A stretch of 64,000 nt of DNA, taken from positions 9,544 to 73,543 of the forward strand of contig CAJQNK010000005.1 in NCBI GenBank assembly GCA_905479655.1. Reading direction: 5' to 3'. The notes beneath the pieces were generated by a model. The model ran no database searches. It was not told where the DNA came from and was given only the letters and a program-made list of their open reading frames with translations. The translations under genes and the position numbers were made by a program. Shown here one piece after another: positions 42,470-51,759 of this stretch (positions within the stretch are counted from its first letter, which is position 1; each line of letters begins with the position of its first letter). This DNA is from an uncultured bacterium (GTDB taxonomy: Bacteria; Acidobacteriota; Thermoanaerobaculia; Multivoradales; JAHEKO01).

Positions 42470-43591
42470 TCAAAGGTGCCGTAGGTCGACGCCCAGGTGC
42501 TCCATCCGCTGATGCCATCGCTCCCGCGCGAGGCGGCGCAGGTCCTCGACCCTGTCGGCTTCGTCGACGATCTCGATTCCGAGGAGCGTCTCCACCACAT
42601 CCTCCAGGCTGACGACGCCGGCCAGCCCGCCATGCTCCTCGAAGACGGCCAGGATGTGGGCCCGTTGGTCGAGAAGCTCCTCCGCGACCCGCTCCAGGCT
42701 CATCGTCTCCGGGATGAAGCGGATCTCCCGCTTCAAGTCGAGCAGGCGGTCGTCGCCCCGTCCCTGGAGCTGGCGGGTCAGGAGGTCGGTCTTGAGCACC
42801 AGGCCCGTCACGTCGTCCCGGTTCTTGCCGTAGAGCGGGATCCTGGAGAACGGGATCTCCAACTGCTCCTCCAGGACCTCGCGCACGCTCCGGTCCTGCT
42901 GGAGGGAGAACACGACGGTGCGCGGGGTCATGATGTCCTCGGCCGTCAGCTCGCGGAAGCGGAGCATGTTGCGGAAGATCCGCGACTGGGTCTCGTCGAG
43001 GTGGCCGCCCTCGGCGCCCATCTGCGCGAGGGCCCGGAACTCGCCGCGGGAAAGCGCCTCGACCTCCTGGTTGCGGGTGATCAGCCGTGTGAGCCTCTCC
43101 GAGGCCCAGATCAGCGGATACAGGCTGAGGATCAGTCCGCGGACGAACCAGGCGGTCGGCGTGGCCAGCGGCCGCCAGTAGACCGCCCCCAGCGTCTTGG
43201 GCACGATCTCGGAGAGGAAGAGGATCAGGAGGGTCAGGACGGCCATGGAGACGCCGATCCAGCGCTCGCCGAAATAGGCCGCAGCCTCGGCTCCAGCCCC
43301 TCCCGCGCCGACGGTGTGGGCGATCGTGTTCAGGGTCAGGATGCCGGCGAGCGACCGGTCGACGTCGTCCTTGACCCGGCGCAGCCGGGCGGCCGACGGA
43401 TGGCCCTCGTGCTCCTGATGGGCCACGAAGGCCGGCGAGACGCTCAGGAGCACGGCCTCGGCCACCGAGCAGAGGAAGGAGAACAGCAGGGCCACCGAGG
43501 CGTAGAGGACCATCCGGGTGAAATGCGCCGGATCGCCGACGGTGCCGTTGCCGGAGGCGACGGGGCCGGCCGCCACGGCTACGCCGGCCAC
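42470..43591 (-). CDS. HlyC/CorC (CNNM) family transporter, DUF21-CBS-CorC_HlyC domains
   Basis: The DUF21 TM region is followed by a CBS pair and a CorC C-terminus. The true start may be the ATG at 43513 (MVLYASVALLF). Confidence 0.75.
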   Translation of the reverse strand: MAGVAVAAGPVASGNGTVGDPAHFTRMVLYASVALLFSFLCSVAEAVLLSVSPAFVAHQEHEGHPSAARLRRVKDDVDRSLAGILTLNTIAHTVGAGGAGAEAAAYFGERWIGVSMAVLTLLILFLSEIVPKTLGAVYWRPLATPTAWFVRGLILSLYPLIWASERLTRLITRNQEVEALSRGEFRALAQMGAEGGHLDETQSRIFRNMLRFRELTAEDIMTPRTVVFSLQQDRSVREVLEEQLEIPFSRIPLYGKNRDDVTGLVLKTDLLTRQLQGRGDDRLLDLKREIRFIPETMSLERVAEELLDQRAHILAVFEEHGGLAGVVSLEDVVETLLGIEIVDEADRVEDLRRLARERWHQRMEHLGVDLRHL

Positions 43592-43700
43592 CAGCAGGCC
43601 GGTGCCGAACGTGAGCAGCAGGATGCGGTTCTTCAGAGGAGTTCCTCGAGAGGGGGTCGCGGGTCGCTTCGCCGGACCGCGGTGGGCGGCCGCCGGCAGC

Positions 43701-43737
43701 GCGGGTGTGCGGGTGTGCGGGTGTGCGGGTGTGCGGG
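43701..43737. repeat. Microsatellite (GCGGGTGT)x4.6 in the divergent intergenic region
   Basis: The sequence reads gcgggtgt gcgggtgt gcgggtgt gcgggtgt gcggg. Confidence 0.7.
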
Positions 43738-43772
43738 AGCCAGGCTAGCAGGTTGTCCACTAGACTTTCGGC

Positions 43773-44324
43773 GTGTCCTGGATCCGGACGATCGACGAGG
43801 AAGACGCGGACGGCCGTCTCGCCGAGCTCTATGCCCGGGTGGTCGATAGCGCGAGCGGCCGGGTCGACGAGGTCCTCCGCGTCCACTCGCTCCACCCCGA
43901 CGGCCTCGCTGCCCACGAGGCCGTGTACCGGTCCGCGATGCGCGGCACCCGGGGCCTGCGCAAGGTGGACCGCGAGATGATCGCCCTGGTGGTCAGCAAG
44001 ATCAACGGCTGCCATTACTGAACGGCCCACCACCGACGCGGTCTGCGTCGCCTGTTGAAGGACGAGGGCCTCCTCGTCTCGGTCGAGGAGCGTCTGGACG
44101 AGGCGCCGGGCCTCGACGACCGGCGCCGGGCGATGCTGCGCTACGCGGCGAAGCTCACCCGGACGCCGGCGGCGATGGAGCGGTCGGACGTGGAGGCGCT
44201 CCGCCGCGCCGGCTTCGCGGACGAGGACGTCCTGGCGATCGCCGAGGTGACGGCCTACTACGCCTACGCCAACCGCATCGCGGACGGCCTGGGAGTCGAG
44301 GTCGAGCCGTGGTTCGAGAAGTGA
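43773..44324 (+). CDS. AhpD/carboxymuconolactone-decarboxylase-family peroxidase-related protein. It carries an in-frame UGA at 44019-44021 where the second Cys of the CxxC motif is expected, and is a candidate selenoprotein.
   Basis: Two same-frame ORFs are separated only by the TGA. Read through, the protein is …[16 protein letters not shown]…, matching the family NGCxYCxxxH motif with Sec in place of Cys. A hairpin lies immediately downstream. Confidence 0.55.
44034..44050 (+). promoter_or_regulatory. Putative bacterial SECIS hairpin, a 6-bp stem CGACGC/GCGUCG with a GGUCU loop. It begins 12 nt after the UGA.
   Basis: The stem-loop is a perfect inverted repeat, cgacgc ggtct gcgtcg. The GGUCU apical loop is the same as the E. 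coli fdhF SECIS loop, and the spacing to the UGA is similar. Confidence 0.45.
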
Positions 44325-44352
44325 CGGAGGGTCGCCCGGCGCCGCTCCCCGG

Positions 44353-47274
44353 CTACCATGGCCGTGGCCGGCTCGTCCCCAGTCCCGGGCCGTAGAGCAC
44401 CGCGTTGAGGAACATCCGTTGGCTGTCCAGCGGCCAGGCCCGGTAGGTGGGGTGGTCGACGAAAAGGATCACCTGGCCGTCGCCCACCCGCTCCCGGGTG
44501 GCGTACGCCGTGTGGGCCAGCCGGCCCGCCGCCTCGGGCCAGAGGAGGCCGCCGAGATGGAGGCGCTCCGCGGCCGGGAAGCGGGCGGCGACCTCGGCGC
44601 CGTCGTCGGCCACCAAGGCCGAGGAGGAGCCCATGAGGACGGTGATCTCGTCCGGCAGGCCCCAGGCCAGCCAGTGCTTCGGGTCGACCTCCGCCCGCAG
44701 CAGGGCGCCCCGTGGCGCGAAGTCGCGGAGCCGTCGGTCCGCGCGCTCCAGGTCCTCCGCCGCCGGGGCGGAGCGTCCGGGCGGCAGGGTGGGCTGGACC
44801 CACTCCGCCAGCGGCGTCGACTCCAAGCTCGGCGCCGGCGCGCCCGGCGCGAACGGGCGGGCGCCGGGGCCCAGGACCGGAGGGATCTCGACGCTGGCCG
44901 TCGCCCCCGCCGGGAGCGGCGTGGGAGGGCGGCCCGTGGCGCGCAGCGGTCCCGCGGCCTCGGCCGCCGCCGCCGAAGCGCCCATCATCCCCGGCGGGTG
45001 GGAGTCCAGGGCCTGACGGCGAAGGTGGGTCGAGGTCAGCCCGGTCGCCTTGTCGGCCAGGAACAGGGCGCCGCCGTCGAGGCCGATGGCGGTGCCGCCG
45101 GCCTCGATCCAGGCCTTGAGCTTCGCGACGCCCGCCTCGCCCAGCGCCTGGGCCCAGGCTCCGCCGCCGCCGAAGCTCGGCGGGAAGACGAGGACGTCGT
45201 AGCGCTCGAGCTCGACCCGGGAGAACCACGCTGTGTCGAGGCTGTTGAAGCGCAGGCCGGCACGCTGGTCCAGGACGAACCAGACCGAGCCGTAGTCCGA
45301 CGGGGAGGCGGGCACCCCGGCCAGCACGCCGACGCGGGGGGAGACGAGGGATCGGAAGTGGCTACCGCCCAGATCGGGGCCCTCCTCGGCGAGGGCCGTG
45401 CCCGTCGACCGGAAGGCGACCGACCAGCGCTCAGCGACCGCGCGCAGGCGATCCCGCAGGTCGTCCGGGTTGCCCTCCGTCGGTATGAGGAGGGCGCCCG
45501 GTTCGCCCTCGAAGCCGGCCACCCGGAAGGCGCGGTCGGCCACCTGGATGCGCAGGCCCTGTTGCAGGAGCTCGGCCAGGGCAGCCATGGCGGAGTCGCC
45601 GTTCCCGTCCAGGAGGTAGCCGTAGGCCGGACCGTCGCCGGTTTCCGTGACCGGCTCAGCGGGTACCGGCTCGGCGGCCGGCTCGGCGCTCCAGGGACCG
45701 GCCGGTCGCTGGGTCGTCCACAGCGCCTCGACCCCGTGCAGCAGCGGCAGGGACCAGGCGTTGACGTCGTAGCCGCGCGATCCCTCCCCGCTCTCGATCG
45801 ACTCCCGTTCCGCCTGCAGGGCGTCGGCGGCCATGGGGACGTGGGGGTCGAGCAGCACGCTCGCGAGGGGCGAGAGCGGCTGGTCCAGCGGCACCATCCA
45901 CGTGCCGGCCGGCAGCTCGCGGCCGGCCGGCACGCCGGTCCGCGCGTCGCGGGCGCCCGCCACCGTGACCGCCCCGGTCGCCCGCAGCAGCTCGATCCCC
46001 TGGTCGCGCAGCAGCGCCGCGAGCGCGTCCGTGCGCTTCGGCCGCTCCCCCGGGGGCAGCAGCCACGCCCGGGCCGGGCCCTTCGGCTCGGCTACGGCGC
46101 GTCGCCGGGCCGCCACGAAGTCGGCGAGCAGCTCCGGCCGGCCGGCCGCCAGGGTCTCCAGGTTGGCCAGGGAACTCGTCACCTGGTGCTCGACGGCCTC
46201 GGCGTAGGTCCGCACGGTTCCGTCCTCGCGACGCACGAGCGTGCCGGCCGTTCCCGACATCTCGTACAGGATGCCGATGGCACCCAGATAGGCGGCCCAG
46301 GACGAGCCGTAGCCGGGAAAGAACTCCTCGTTCCACTCCCGCGTGTAGTAGCCGTAGCCGCGGCCGTCCAGCGCGACGGCCTGGTCGGAGGCGAAGTGTC
46401 CCCACCAGTCGGCGGTGTAGTCGGGCAGGAGGGGGTTGAACGGCGCCCGCGGCGGCGACAGGAGGTAGGTGTCGTTGTCGCCCATCTCGTGGCTGTCGAC
46501 GACCAGCTGGGGGTGCCAACCCGCGATCACGTGGGAGCGCCAGCTCTCCGGGTGGACCATGGTGAACCAGTCCCGGTTGAGATCGAAGAGGTAGTGGTTG
46601 CCCCGGCCCCAGGGCCACACCGTGGTGTGGGAGAGGTCGTCCTGGTCGGGGTTGGCGAGCGCGTGGGCGAAGGAGCGGGTCTGGGCCAGGTAGCGGTCGC
46701 GCCCATCCGGGTTCTCCATCGGGTCGATCAGTACGACCAGCTCCTCACGCAGCATCTTCGCTCGCTCGTCTTCGCCGGCCACCAGCCAGTAGGCCAGCGC
46801 CGCCGCGGCGTCCACCGAGGAGAGCTCGTCGCCGTGGATGCCGTAGGCCATCCACGCCACCGCCTTGGCCCCTTCGAGAGCCGAGGCATCCTCGGAGGCG
46901 CTCCGTCCCCGTGGGTCCATCCTTCGTGCGTGGTCCTGCCGGAAGTCGTCGAGGCCGGCGACCGTCGCCTCGTCGCTCACCACGAAGGCCACCAGCTCCC
47001 GACCCTCCCAGGTCTTCGCGTAGGGCTCCATGGCCGCTCGCGGCGAGGCGTCGGCCAGCGCGCGCAGGTAGCCCATGAGCTCGGCGTGACGGAGAGGCCG
47101 GCTTCCGGGCACCACCCCCGTGACCTCCTCCTGGGTGGGGATCGCCGGGTCGAACGTCGCCCAGGGAAAGAGCTCGTGAGGGCCCTTGCCGGGGATCGTG
47201 CCGAAGGTCTCGGCGAGGGCGGGGATGGCGAGCAGCAGCAGCGCCAGCGAGGCGACGCGGGAGTGTCGGCTCAT
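44353..47274 (-). CDS. Secreted zinc carboxypeptidase, peptidase family M14, with a large C-terminal extension
   Basis: The signal peptide is [21 protein letters not shown]. The M14 HxxE zinc motif is in GIHGDELSS. An AGGAGGAAGAG ribosome-binding site lies upstream. The N-terminal 139 codons of the ORF-track ORF are overrun. Confidence 0.8.
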   Translation of the reverse strand: MSRHSRVASLALLLLAIPALAETFGTIPGKGPHELFPWATFDPAIPTQEEVTGVVPGSRPLRHAELMGYLRALADASPRAAMEPYAKTWEGRELVAFVVSDEATVAGLDDFRQDHARRMDPRGRSASEDASALEGAKAVAWMAYGIHGDELSSVDAAAALAYWLVAGEDERAKMLREELVVLIDPMENPDGRDRYLAQTRSFAHALANPDQDDLSHTTVWPWGRGNHYLFDLNRDWFTMVHPESWRSHVIAGWHPQLVVDSHEMGDNDTYLLSPPRAPFNPLLPDYTADWWGHFASDQAVALDGRGYGYYTREWNEEFFPGYGSSWAAYLGAIGILYEMSGTAGTLVRREDGTVRTYAEAVEHQVTSSLANLETLAAGRPELLADFVAARRRAVAEPKGPARAWLLPPGERPKRTDALAALLRDQGIELLRATGAVTVAGARDARTGVPAGRELPAGTWMVPLDQPLSPLASVLLDPHVPMAADALQAERESIESGEGSRGYDVNAWSLPLLHGVEALWTTQRPAGPWSAEPAAEPVPAEPVTETGDGPAYGYLLDGNGDSAMAALAELLQQGLRIQVADRAFRVAGFEGEPGALLIPTEGNPDDLRDRLRAVAERWSVAFRSTGTALAEEGPDLGGSHFRSLVSPRVGVLAGVPASPSDYGSVWFVLDQRAGLRFNSLDTAWFSRVELERYDVLVFPPSFGGGGAWAQALGEAGVAKLKAWIEAGGTAIGLDGGALFLADKATGLTSTHLRRQALDSHPPGMMGASAAAAEAAGPLRATGRPPTPLPAGATASVEIPPVLGPGARPFAPGAPAPSLESTPLAEWVQPTLPPGRSAPAAEDLERADRRLRDFAPRGALLRAEVDPKHWLAWGLPDEITVLMGSSSALVADDGAEVAARFPAAERLHLGGLLWPEAAGRLAHTAYATRERVGDGQVILFVDHPTYRAWPLDSQRMFLNAVLYGPGLGTSRPRPW

Positions 47275-47469
47275 CTCTTCCTCCTGTTGTGGGGCCGTTC
47301 GCCCGGGGGGCGTTCGAAGGATCGAGAGTACCACCGGCGAGCGCCCCGCCGCCGACACTTCCCCTCGTTGCCGCTCGCGGGACGGGGTGGTAGCTTTCGC
47401 GCTGAGCCCATCGGTCGACGGCCCCGCGGTCCCGCGGTCGCCGGTACGCTCGAGAGCCTGGGAGCCGTC

Positions 47470-47964
47470 ATGAGCGAGAGCGTCAACCCCCGCGTCGCCG
47501 TCATCATGGGCAGCGCCTCGGACTGGCCCACGATGCGCGGCGCCGTCGACGTCCTGGAGCGCTTCGGGGTGCCTCACGAGGCTCAGATCGTCTCGGCGCA
47601 CCGCACCCCCGAGCGTCTGCGCGAGTTCGCGCGCTCGGCGGCCGACCGCGGCCTCGAGGCGATCATCGCCGGAGCCGGGGGCGCCGCGCATCTGCCCGGG
47701 ATGGTGGCCGCTTGGACGACCCTGCCGGTCTTCGGCGTGCCGGTGAAGAGCCGGGCGCTCTCCGGCATGGACTCCCTGCTGTCGATCGTCCAGATGCCCT
47801 ACGGCGTGCCGGTGGGGACGCTGGCCATCGGCGAGTCGGGGGCGAAGAACGCGGCGTTGCTGGCCGTCCGGACGCTGGCGGTGGGGGATGGCGAGCTGCG
47901 CGACGCGCTCGAGGCGTTCGCCCGGGTGCAGGCGGCGAAGGCCCTGGAGCCGGAGCTGGAGTGA
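47470..47964 (+). CDS. purE: N5-carboxyaminoimidazole ribonucleotide mutase
   Basis: It has full-length PurE similarity, including [12 protein letters not shown] and [14 protein letters not shown]. Confidence 0.9.
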   Translation: MSESVNPRVAVIMGSASDWPTMRGAVDVLERFGVPHEAQIVSAHRTPERLREFARSAADRGLEAIIAGAGGAAHLPGMVAAWTTLPVFGVPVKSRALSGMDSLLSIVQMPYGVPVGTLAIGESGAKNAALLAVRTLAVGDGELRDALEAFARVQAAKALEPELE

Positions 47965-49106
47965 GCGCGGCCCCGATCCTTCCGGGGGCGACCCTCGGAG
48001 TTCTCGGCGGCGGCCAGCTCGGGCGCATGTTCGCCCTCGCCGCGCGGCGCATGGGTTACCGCGTCGCCGTGCTGGTGCCCGGGGACGACAGCCCGACCGG
48101 CCAGGTGGCCGATCGGGAGATCTCCGCGCGCTACGACGACCTGGAGGCCGTCGAGGAGCTGGCGAGATCGGTCGAGGTCGTCTCCTTCGAGTTCGAGAAC
48201 GTGCCTTCGGCCACCGTCGCCGCGGCCGCCCGCCACGCGCCGCTCCGGCCCCCCGGCGCCCTGCTGCATGCGAGTCAGAACCGGCTGCGGGAGAAACGGG
48301 CCCTCGGTGGCCTGGGACTGCCGGTCGCGCCCCACGCGGCCGTCGAGACGCCCGACGACCTGGGCGCCGCCGCCCGGAGGGTGGGTTTTCCGGCGATCCT
48401 CAAGACCGCCGCCTGGGGCTACGACGGCAAGGGGCAGCGTCGGGTGGAGTCCGAGGCCGGGCTGGAGGCTGCCTGGCGCGAGCTCGGGGCCGGACCCTCC
48501 GTGTTGGAGGCCGAGGTCCCCTTCGTGGCGGAGATCTCCATCGTCGGCGCCCGGGGACTCGACGGCGAGGTGGCGCTCTACGAGCCGTTCCTCAACCACC
48601 ACGCCGCCCACATCCTGGACGTGACCGTGGTGCCCGCGCCCGTGACGGCGGCCACGCGGGCCGAGGCCGAGGCGATCGGCCGCGCGGTGCTCGAGGGCTT
48701 CGACGTCGCCGGCCTGCTGTGCGTGGAGATGTTCCTGCTGGAGGACGGCGGCCTCGTGGTGAACGAGGTGGCCCCCCGCCCGCACAACTCGGGGCACCTG
48801 ACGATCGACGCCCACGTCACCAGCCAGTTCGAGCAGCAGGTGCGGGCGGTCTGCGGCCTACCCCTGGGCTCGGTCGATCGTCTCGGGCCGGCCGCCGCCA
48901 TGGCCAATCTGCTGGGCGACCTCTGGAGCCCCGAGGGCCCGCCGCGGTGGCCCGCCGCCCTCGCGGACCCGGCCGTGAGGCTGCACCTGTACGGCAAGGG
49001 AGAGATGCGGCCGGGGCGGAAGATGGGGCACCTCACCGTCGTCGCCGCGGACGCGGCGGAGGCCGAGCGCCGCGTGCGGAACGCCCGCTCGGCCCTCGTC
49101 GGCTAG
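47961..49106 (+). CDS. purK: N5-carboxyaminoimidazole ribonucleotide synthase
   Basis: The ATP-grasp domain is present. The N-terminus is [12 protein letters not shown]. The GTG start overlaps the purE stop as GTGA. Confidence 0.9.
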   Translation: MSAAPILPGATLGVLGGGQLGRMFALAARRMGYRVAVLVPGDDSPTGQVADREISARYDDLEAVEELARSVEVVSFEFENVPSATVAAAARHAPLRPPGALLHASQNRLREKRALGGLGLPVAPHAAVETPDDLGAAARRVGFPAILKTAAWGYDGKGQRRVESEAGLEAAWRELGAGPSVLEAEVPFVAEISIVGARGLDGEVALYEPFLNHHAAHILDVTVVPAPVTAATRAEAEAIGRAVLEGFDVAGLLCVEMFLLEDGGLVVNEVAPRPHNSGHLTIDAHVTSQFEQQVRAVCGLPLGSVDRLGPAAAMANLLGDLWSPEGPPRWPAALADPAVRLHLYGKGEMRPGRKMGHLTVVAADAAEAERRVRNARSALVG

Positions 49107-49126
49107 CCCGGCGCCGCCTGGGGATC

Positions 49127-50659
49127 TCAGTTCGCCGCCCGGAGCTCGCCGGTCTTCGACTCCGTCTCGGGTGCCAGGACCGCGGTAGCCTCCGGCGCGC
49201 CCGCGGAGATCCCCTCCTGCGCCTCTCGGCTCCAGCCCCCGCCGAGCACCTTGACCAGCGACACCAGGTCGACGGCGGCGCCGGTCCGGGTCGCGGCCAG
49301 GGCCTCCTCGGCGGCGCTCGTCGCCCGCTCGGCGTCGAGGAGCTCCAGCAGCGGCGCCTCCCCGGCCTCGTAGCGCAGGCTGGCGAGGTTCCGGCTCTCG
49401 TGGGCCGCGGCGAGGGCCCGCCCCTGGAGCTCGATGGCGTCCAGGTCGCCGAGATAACGGGTCAGCGCCCGCTCGGCTTCGGTCAGCGCCCCGAGGACCG
49501 TCTTCTCCCACGCCAGGGCCTCGGCCCGCGCCCGGGCCTCGGCGATGCGGATCTCGGCGCGCACCCGGCCGCCGTCGAACACGCGCCACGAGATCCTGGG
49601 CACGACGGACCAGGTGACGGCTTCGGACGACAGCAGGTCGCTCGGGTCGAGCGCCTGGAACCCGCCCCGGGCGCCGATCGAGAGCCGCGGGTACAGCGCC
49701 GCGGTGGCGACGCCGATCTCGGCGGTGGCGGCGGCGAGACGGCGCTCGGCGATCCGGACGTCGGGCCGCCGGGCCAGCAGCTCCGCGCGTTCGCCGACCG
49801 GAAACGGCGCCAGCTCCGGCGGCTCGGTCCGCGTCTCGACGAGGGCCAGCTCGGTCTCCGGCGGGGCTCCCAGCAGGATGCCGAGGGCCAGGGCCGACGA
49901 GCGTACGGCGGCCCGGATCGTCGGCAGACGGGCCTCGAGGGCGGCGAGCTCGGCCGTCGCGCCCGCGACCTCGGAGCGCGGCGTCTCGCCGGCGTCGTAG
50001 CGGCGCTCGGCCAGCTCGAGCGACCGCCGCGCGGCGTCGACCGCGTCTTCGATGGCCTCCTGCCGGCGTTGCTCACCGCGCATCTCGAGGTAGGTGCGGG
50101 CAACCTCCGCGGCGACGCTGAACGCCGCCCCGCGGAGCTCCTCCGCGGAGGCCTCCAGCCGGGCCTGGGAGGCCTCGACGGCGCGGCGGGTGCCGCCGAA
50201 CAGGTCCGCCTCCCAGGAGACGTCGAAGCCCGCCTCCCAGATCGTCTGGTCGCGGTCGAGTCCCGGGATGCGGTCGATGGGGAGCGGCCCCACCTCGCTC
50301 TGGCGACGCTCGGTGAGACTGGCGTCGGCCGAGGCGACCGGTCTCCGGCGTCCCGCCGTCCAGTCGCGCATCGCCCGGGCCTCGGTCACCCGCTCGGCCG
50401 CCAAGCGAACGTCCAGGTTGCCCTCGAGAGCCGTCTCGACGAGCCGGTCGAGGGTGGGGTCGTCGAACACGAGCCACCAGCGCTCCAGGTCGATCCCGAA
50501 GCCGGTCGTCGCGCTCGCCGTCCCGGAGATCGGGGTGGCGAAGGCGGTCTCCGTCTCCGCCTTCGGGGTGACGTACTCCGGGCCGACGGTGCAGCCGGTC
50601 GACAGGGTGGCGCCCAGCAGGGCGAGCGGCACGAGGATCGAGGGTCGGGTGGGGTTCAC
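49127..50659 (-). CDS. Efflux outer-membrane factor lipoprotein (NodT/TolC family)
   Basis: The lipoprotein signal is NPTRPSILVPLALLGATLSTGC. The protein is TolC-like, and a GGAGA ribosome-binding site lies upstream. The GTG start overlaps the upstream permease stop as GTGA. Confidence 0.8.
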   Translation of the reverse strand: MNPTRPSILVPLALLGATLSTGCTVGPEYVTPKAETETAFATPISGTASATTGFGIDLERWWLVFDDPTLDRLVETALEGNLDVRLAAERVTEARAMRDWTAGRRRPVASADASLTERRQSEVGPLPIDRIPGLDRDQTIWEAGFDVSWEADLFGGTRRAVEASQARLEASAEELRGAAFSVAAEVARTYLEMRGEQRRQEAIEDAVDAARRSLELAERRYDAGETPRSEVAGATAELAALEARLPTIRAAVRSSALALGILLGAPPETELALVETRTEPPELAPFPVGERAELLARRPDVRIAERRLAAATAEIGVATAALYPRLSIGARGGFQALDPSDLLSSEAVTWSVVPRISWRVFDGGRVRAEIRIAEARARAEALAWEKTVLGALTEAERALTRYLGDLDAIELQGRALAAAHESRNLASLRYEAGEAPLLELLDAERATSAAEEALAATRTGAAVDLVSLVKVLGGGWSREAQEGISAGAPEATAVLAPETESKTGELRAAN

Positions 50660-51759
50660 GACAGTCTCCGTTTCACGAGCACGACGGCCGACGTCAGGGT
50701 GACGAGGGCGATGGCGGCCATCGGCCAGGCGTTGGCCAGGACGACCTCCGGCGGCAGAGCCTTGAGGAAGGAGCCCTGGACGATCACGAGGTAGTACTTG
50801 AGAGGGCTGGCCTGGGCCACCCACTGGAGCCAGTCCGGCATGTTCTCCACCGGGGTGGCGAAGCCCGAGATGAGCACGATGGGCACGGCGACCGAGAAGG
50901 TTCCGAGGATGGCCTGCTGTTGGGTCCCGCAGACCGACGACAGCATGAGGCCGATGCCGACGATCGACAGGATGAAGAGGACCAGGCTGGCCAGCAGCAG
51001 AGGCAGCGAGCCGGTGAAGGGGATGCCGAAGATCAGGATGCCGGCGGTGATCATGATCGTGCCCAGGACAGTACCCAGGATGACCGCCGGGACCGTCTTG
51101 CCGACGACGATCTCGAGAGGTGTCGCCGGCGACACCAGGAGCTGGTCGAAGGTCCCGAGCTCCCGCTCCCGGGCGATGGAGAGCGAGGTCACGACCAGCG
51201 AGATGAACATCGCCAGGATGCCCGAGAGGCTCGGCACGATGAACCACCGGTAGGTCAGGTTCGGGTTGAAGGCGTGACGGACCACGGTGCTCGGAGGCGG
51301 GACGCCGCCGGCGGGCGCGAGCTCGGCGCCGAGCTGGGCGGCGACGGCCTCGATGTACCCCACCGCGATCTGCCCCGCGTTGGCGCGTCGTCCGTCGACC
51401 AGGAGCTGGGCTTCGGCGGGCCGCCCCGCCTCGATGTCGCGGGAGAACCCGGCATCGAAGTGCAGGCCCAGCAGGACCTCGCGATGATCCACGAGCCGCC
51501 GCAGCTCGGCCAGGGAGTTCACCGGCACGATCCGGTCCACGAATCCCGCCGCGTCGACCCGCTGCACCATCTCGCGGCTCCAGGCGCCGGAGTCCCGGTC
51601 GAGGACGGCGATATCCACGTTGCGCACCTCGAGGGTGGCCGCGAAGGAGAAGATCAGGAGCTGCATCAGGGGCGGCACGATGAGCGTCATGCGGCTGCGC
51701 GGGTCGCGCAGGTAGCTCAGCATCTCCTTGACGACCTGGGAGCGTAGGCGGACGTTCAT
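50656..51759 (-). CDS. ABC-2 family permease (YbhR/YbhS-like)
   Basis: It is a 6-TM ABC-2 permease. There is an ATGA overlap with the upstream permease gene. Confidence 0.8.
   Translation of the reverse strand: MNVRLRSQVVKEMLSYLRDPRSRMTLIVPPLMQLLIFSFAATLEVRNVDIAVLDRDSGAWSREMVQRVDAAGFVDRIVPVNSLAELRRLVDHREVLLGLHFDAGFSRDIEAGRPAEAQLLVDGRRANAGQIAVGYIEAVAAQLGAELAPAGGVPPPSTVVRHAFNPNLTYRWFIVPSLSGILAMFISLVVTSLSIARERELGTFDQLLVSPATPLEIVVGKTVPAVILGTVLGTIMITAGILIFGIPFTGSLPLLLASLVLFILSIVGIGLMLSSVCGTQQQAILGTFSVAVPIVLISGFATPVENMPDWLQWVAQASPLKYYLVIVQGSFLKALPPEVVLANAWPMAAIALVTLTSAVVLVKRRLS

Noticed and set aside
39870-42512. An 880-aa plus-strand ORF over the TonB-dependent receptor
   Set aside because: It is antisense to a clear TonB-dependent receptor (TonB box, C-terminal Phe) and has no motifs.
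44019-44021. Treating the TGA as a plain stop, that is calling two separate small CMD-family genes or a pseudogene
   Set aside because: The two halves are in one frame and together make one full-length domain. The TGA is at the conserved Cys position and a SECIS-like hairpin follows. The selenoprotein reading is preferred, though pseudogene or sequencing error is not excluded.
42357-44033. A 558-aa minus-strand ORF overlapping the CorC/CNNM gene and the selenoprotein start
   Set aside because: It is an alternative frame with R/G/P-rich composition.
44419-47964. An 1181-aa plus-strand ORF opposite the M14 carboxypeptidase, and the 968-aa ORF at 47888-50794
   Set aside because: They are antisense or alternative frames. 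The real genes purE, purK and the OMF occupy parts of these spans in other frames.
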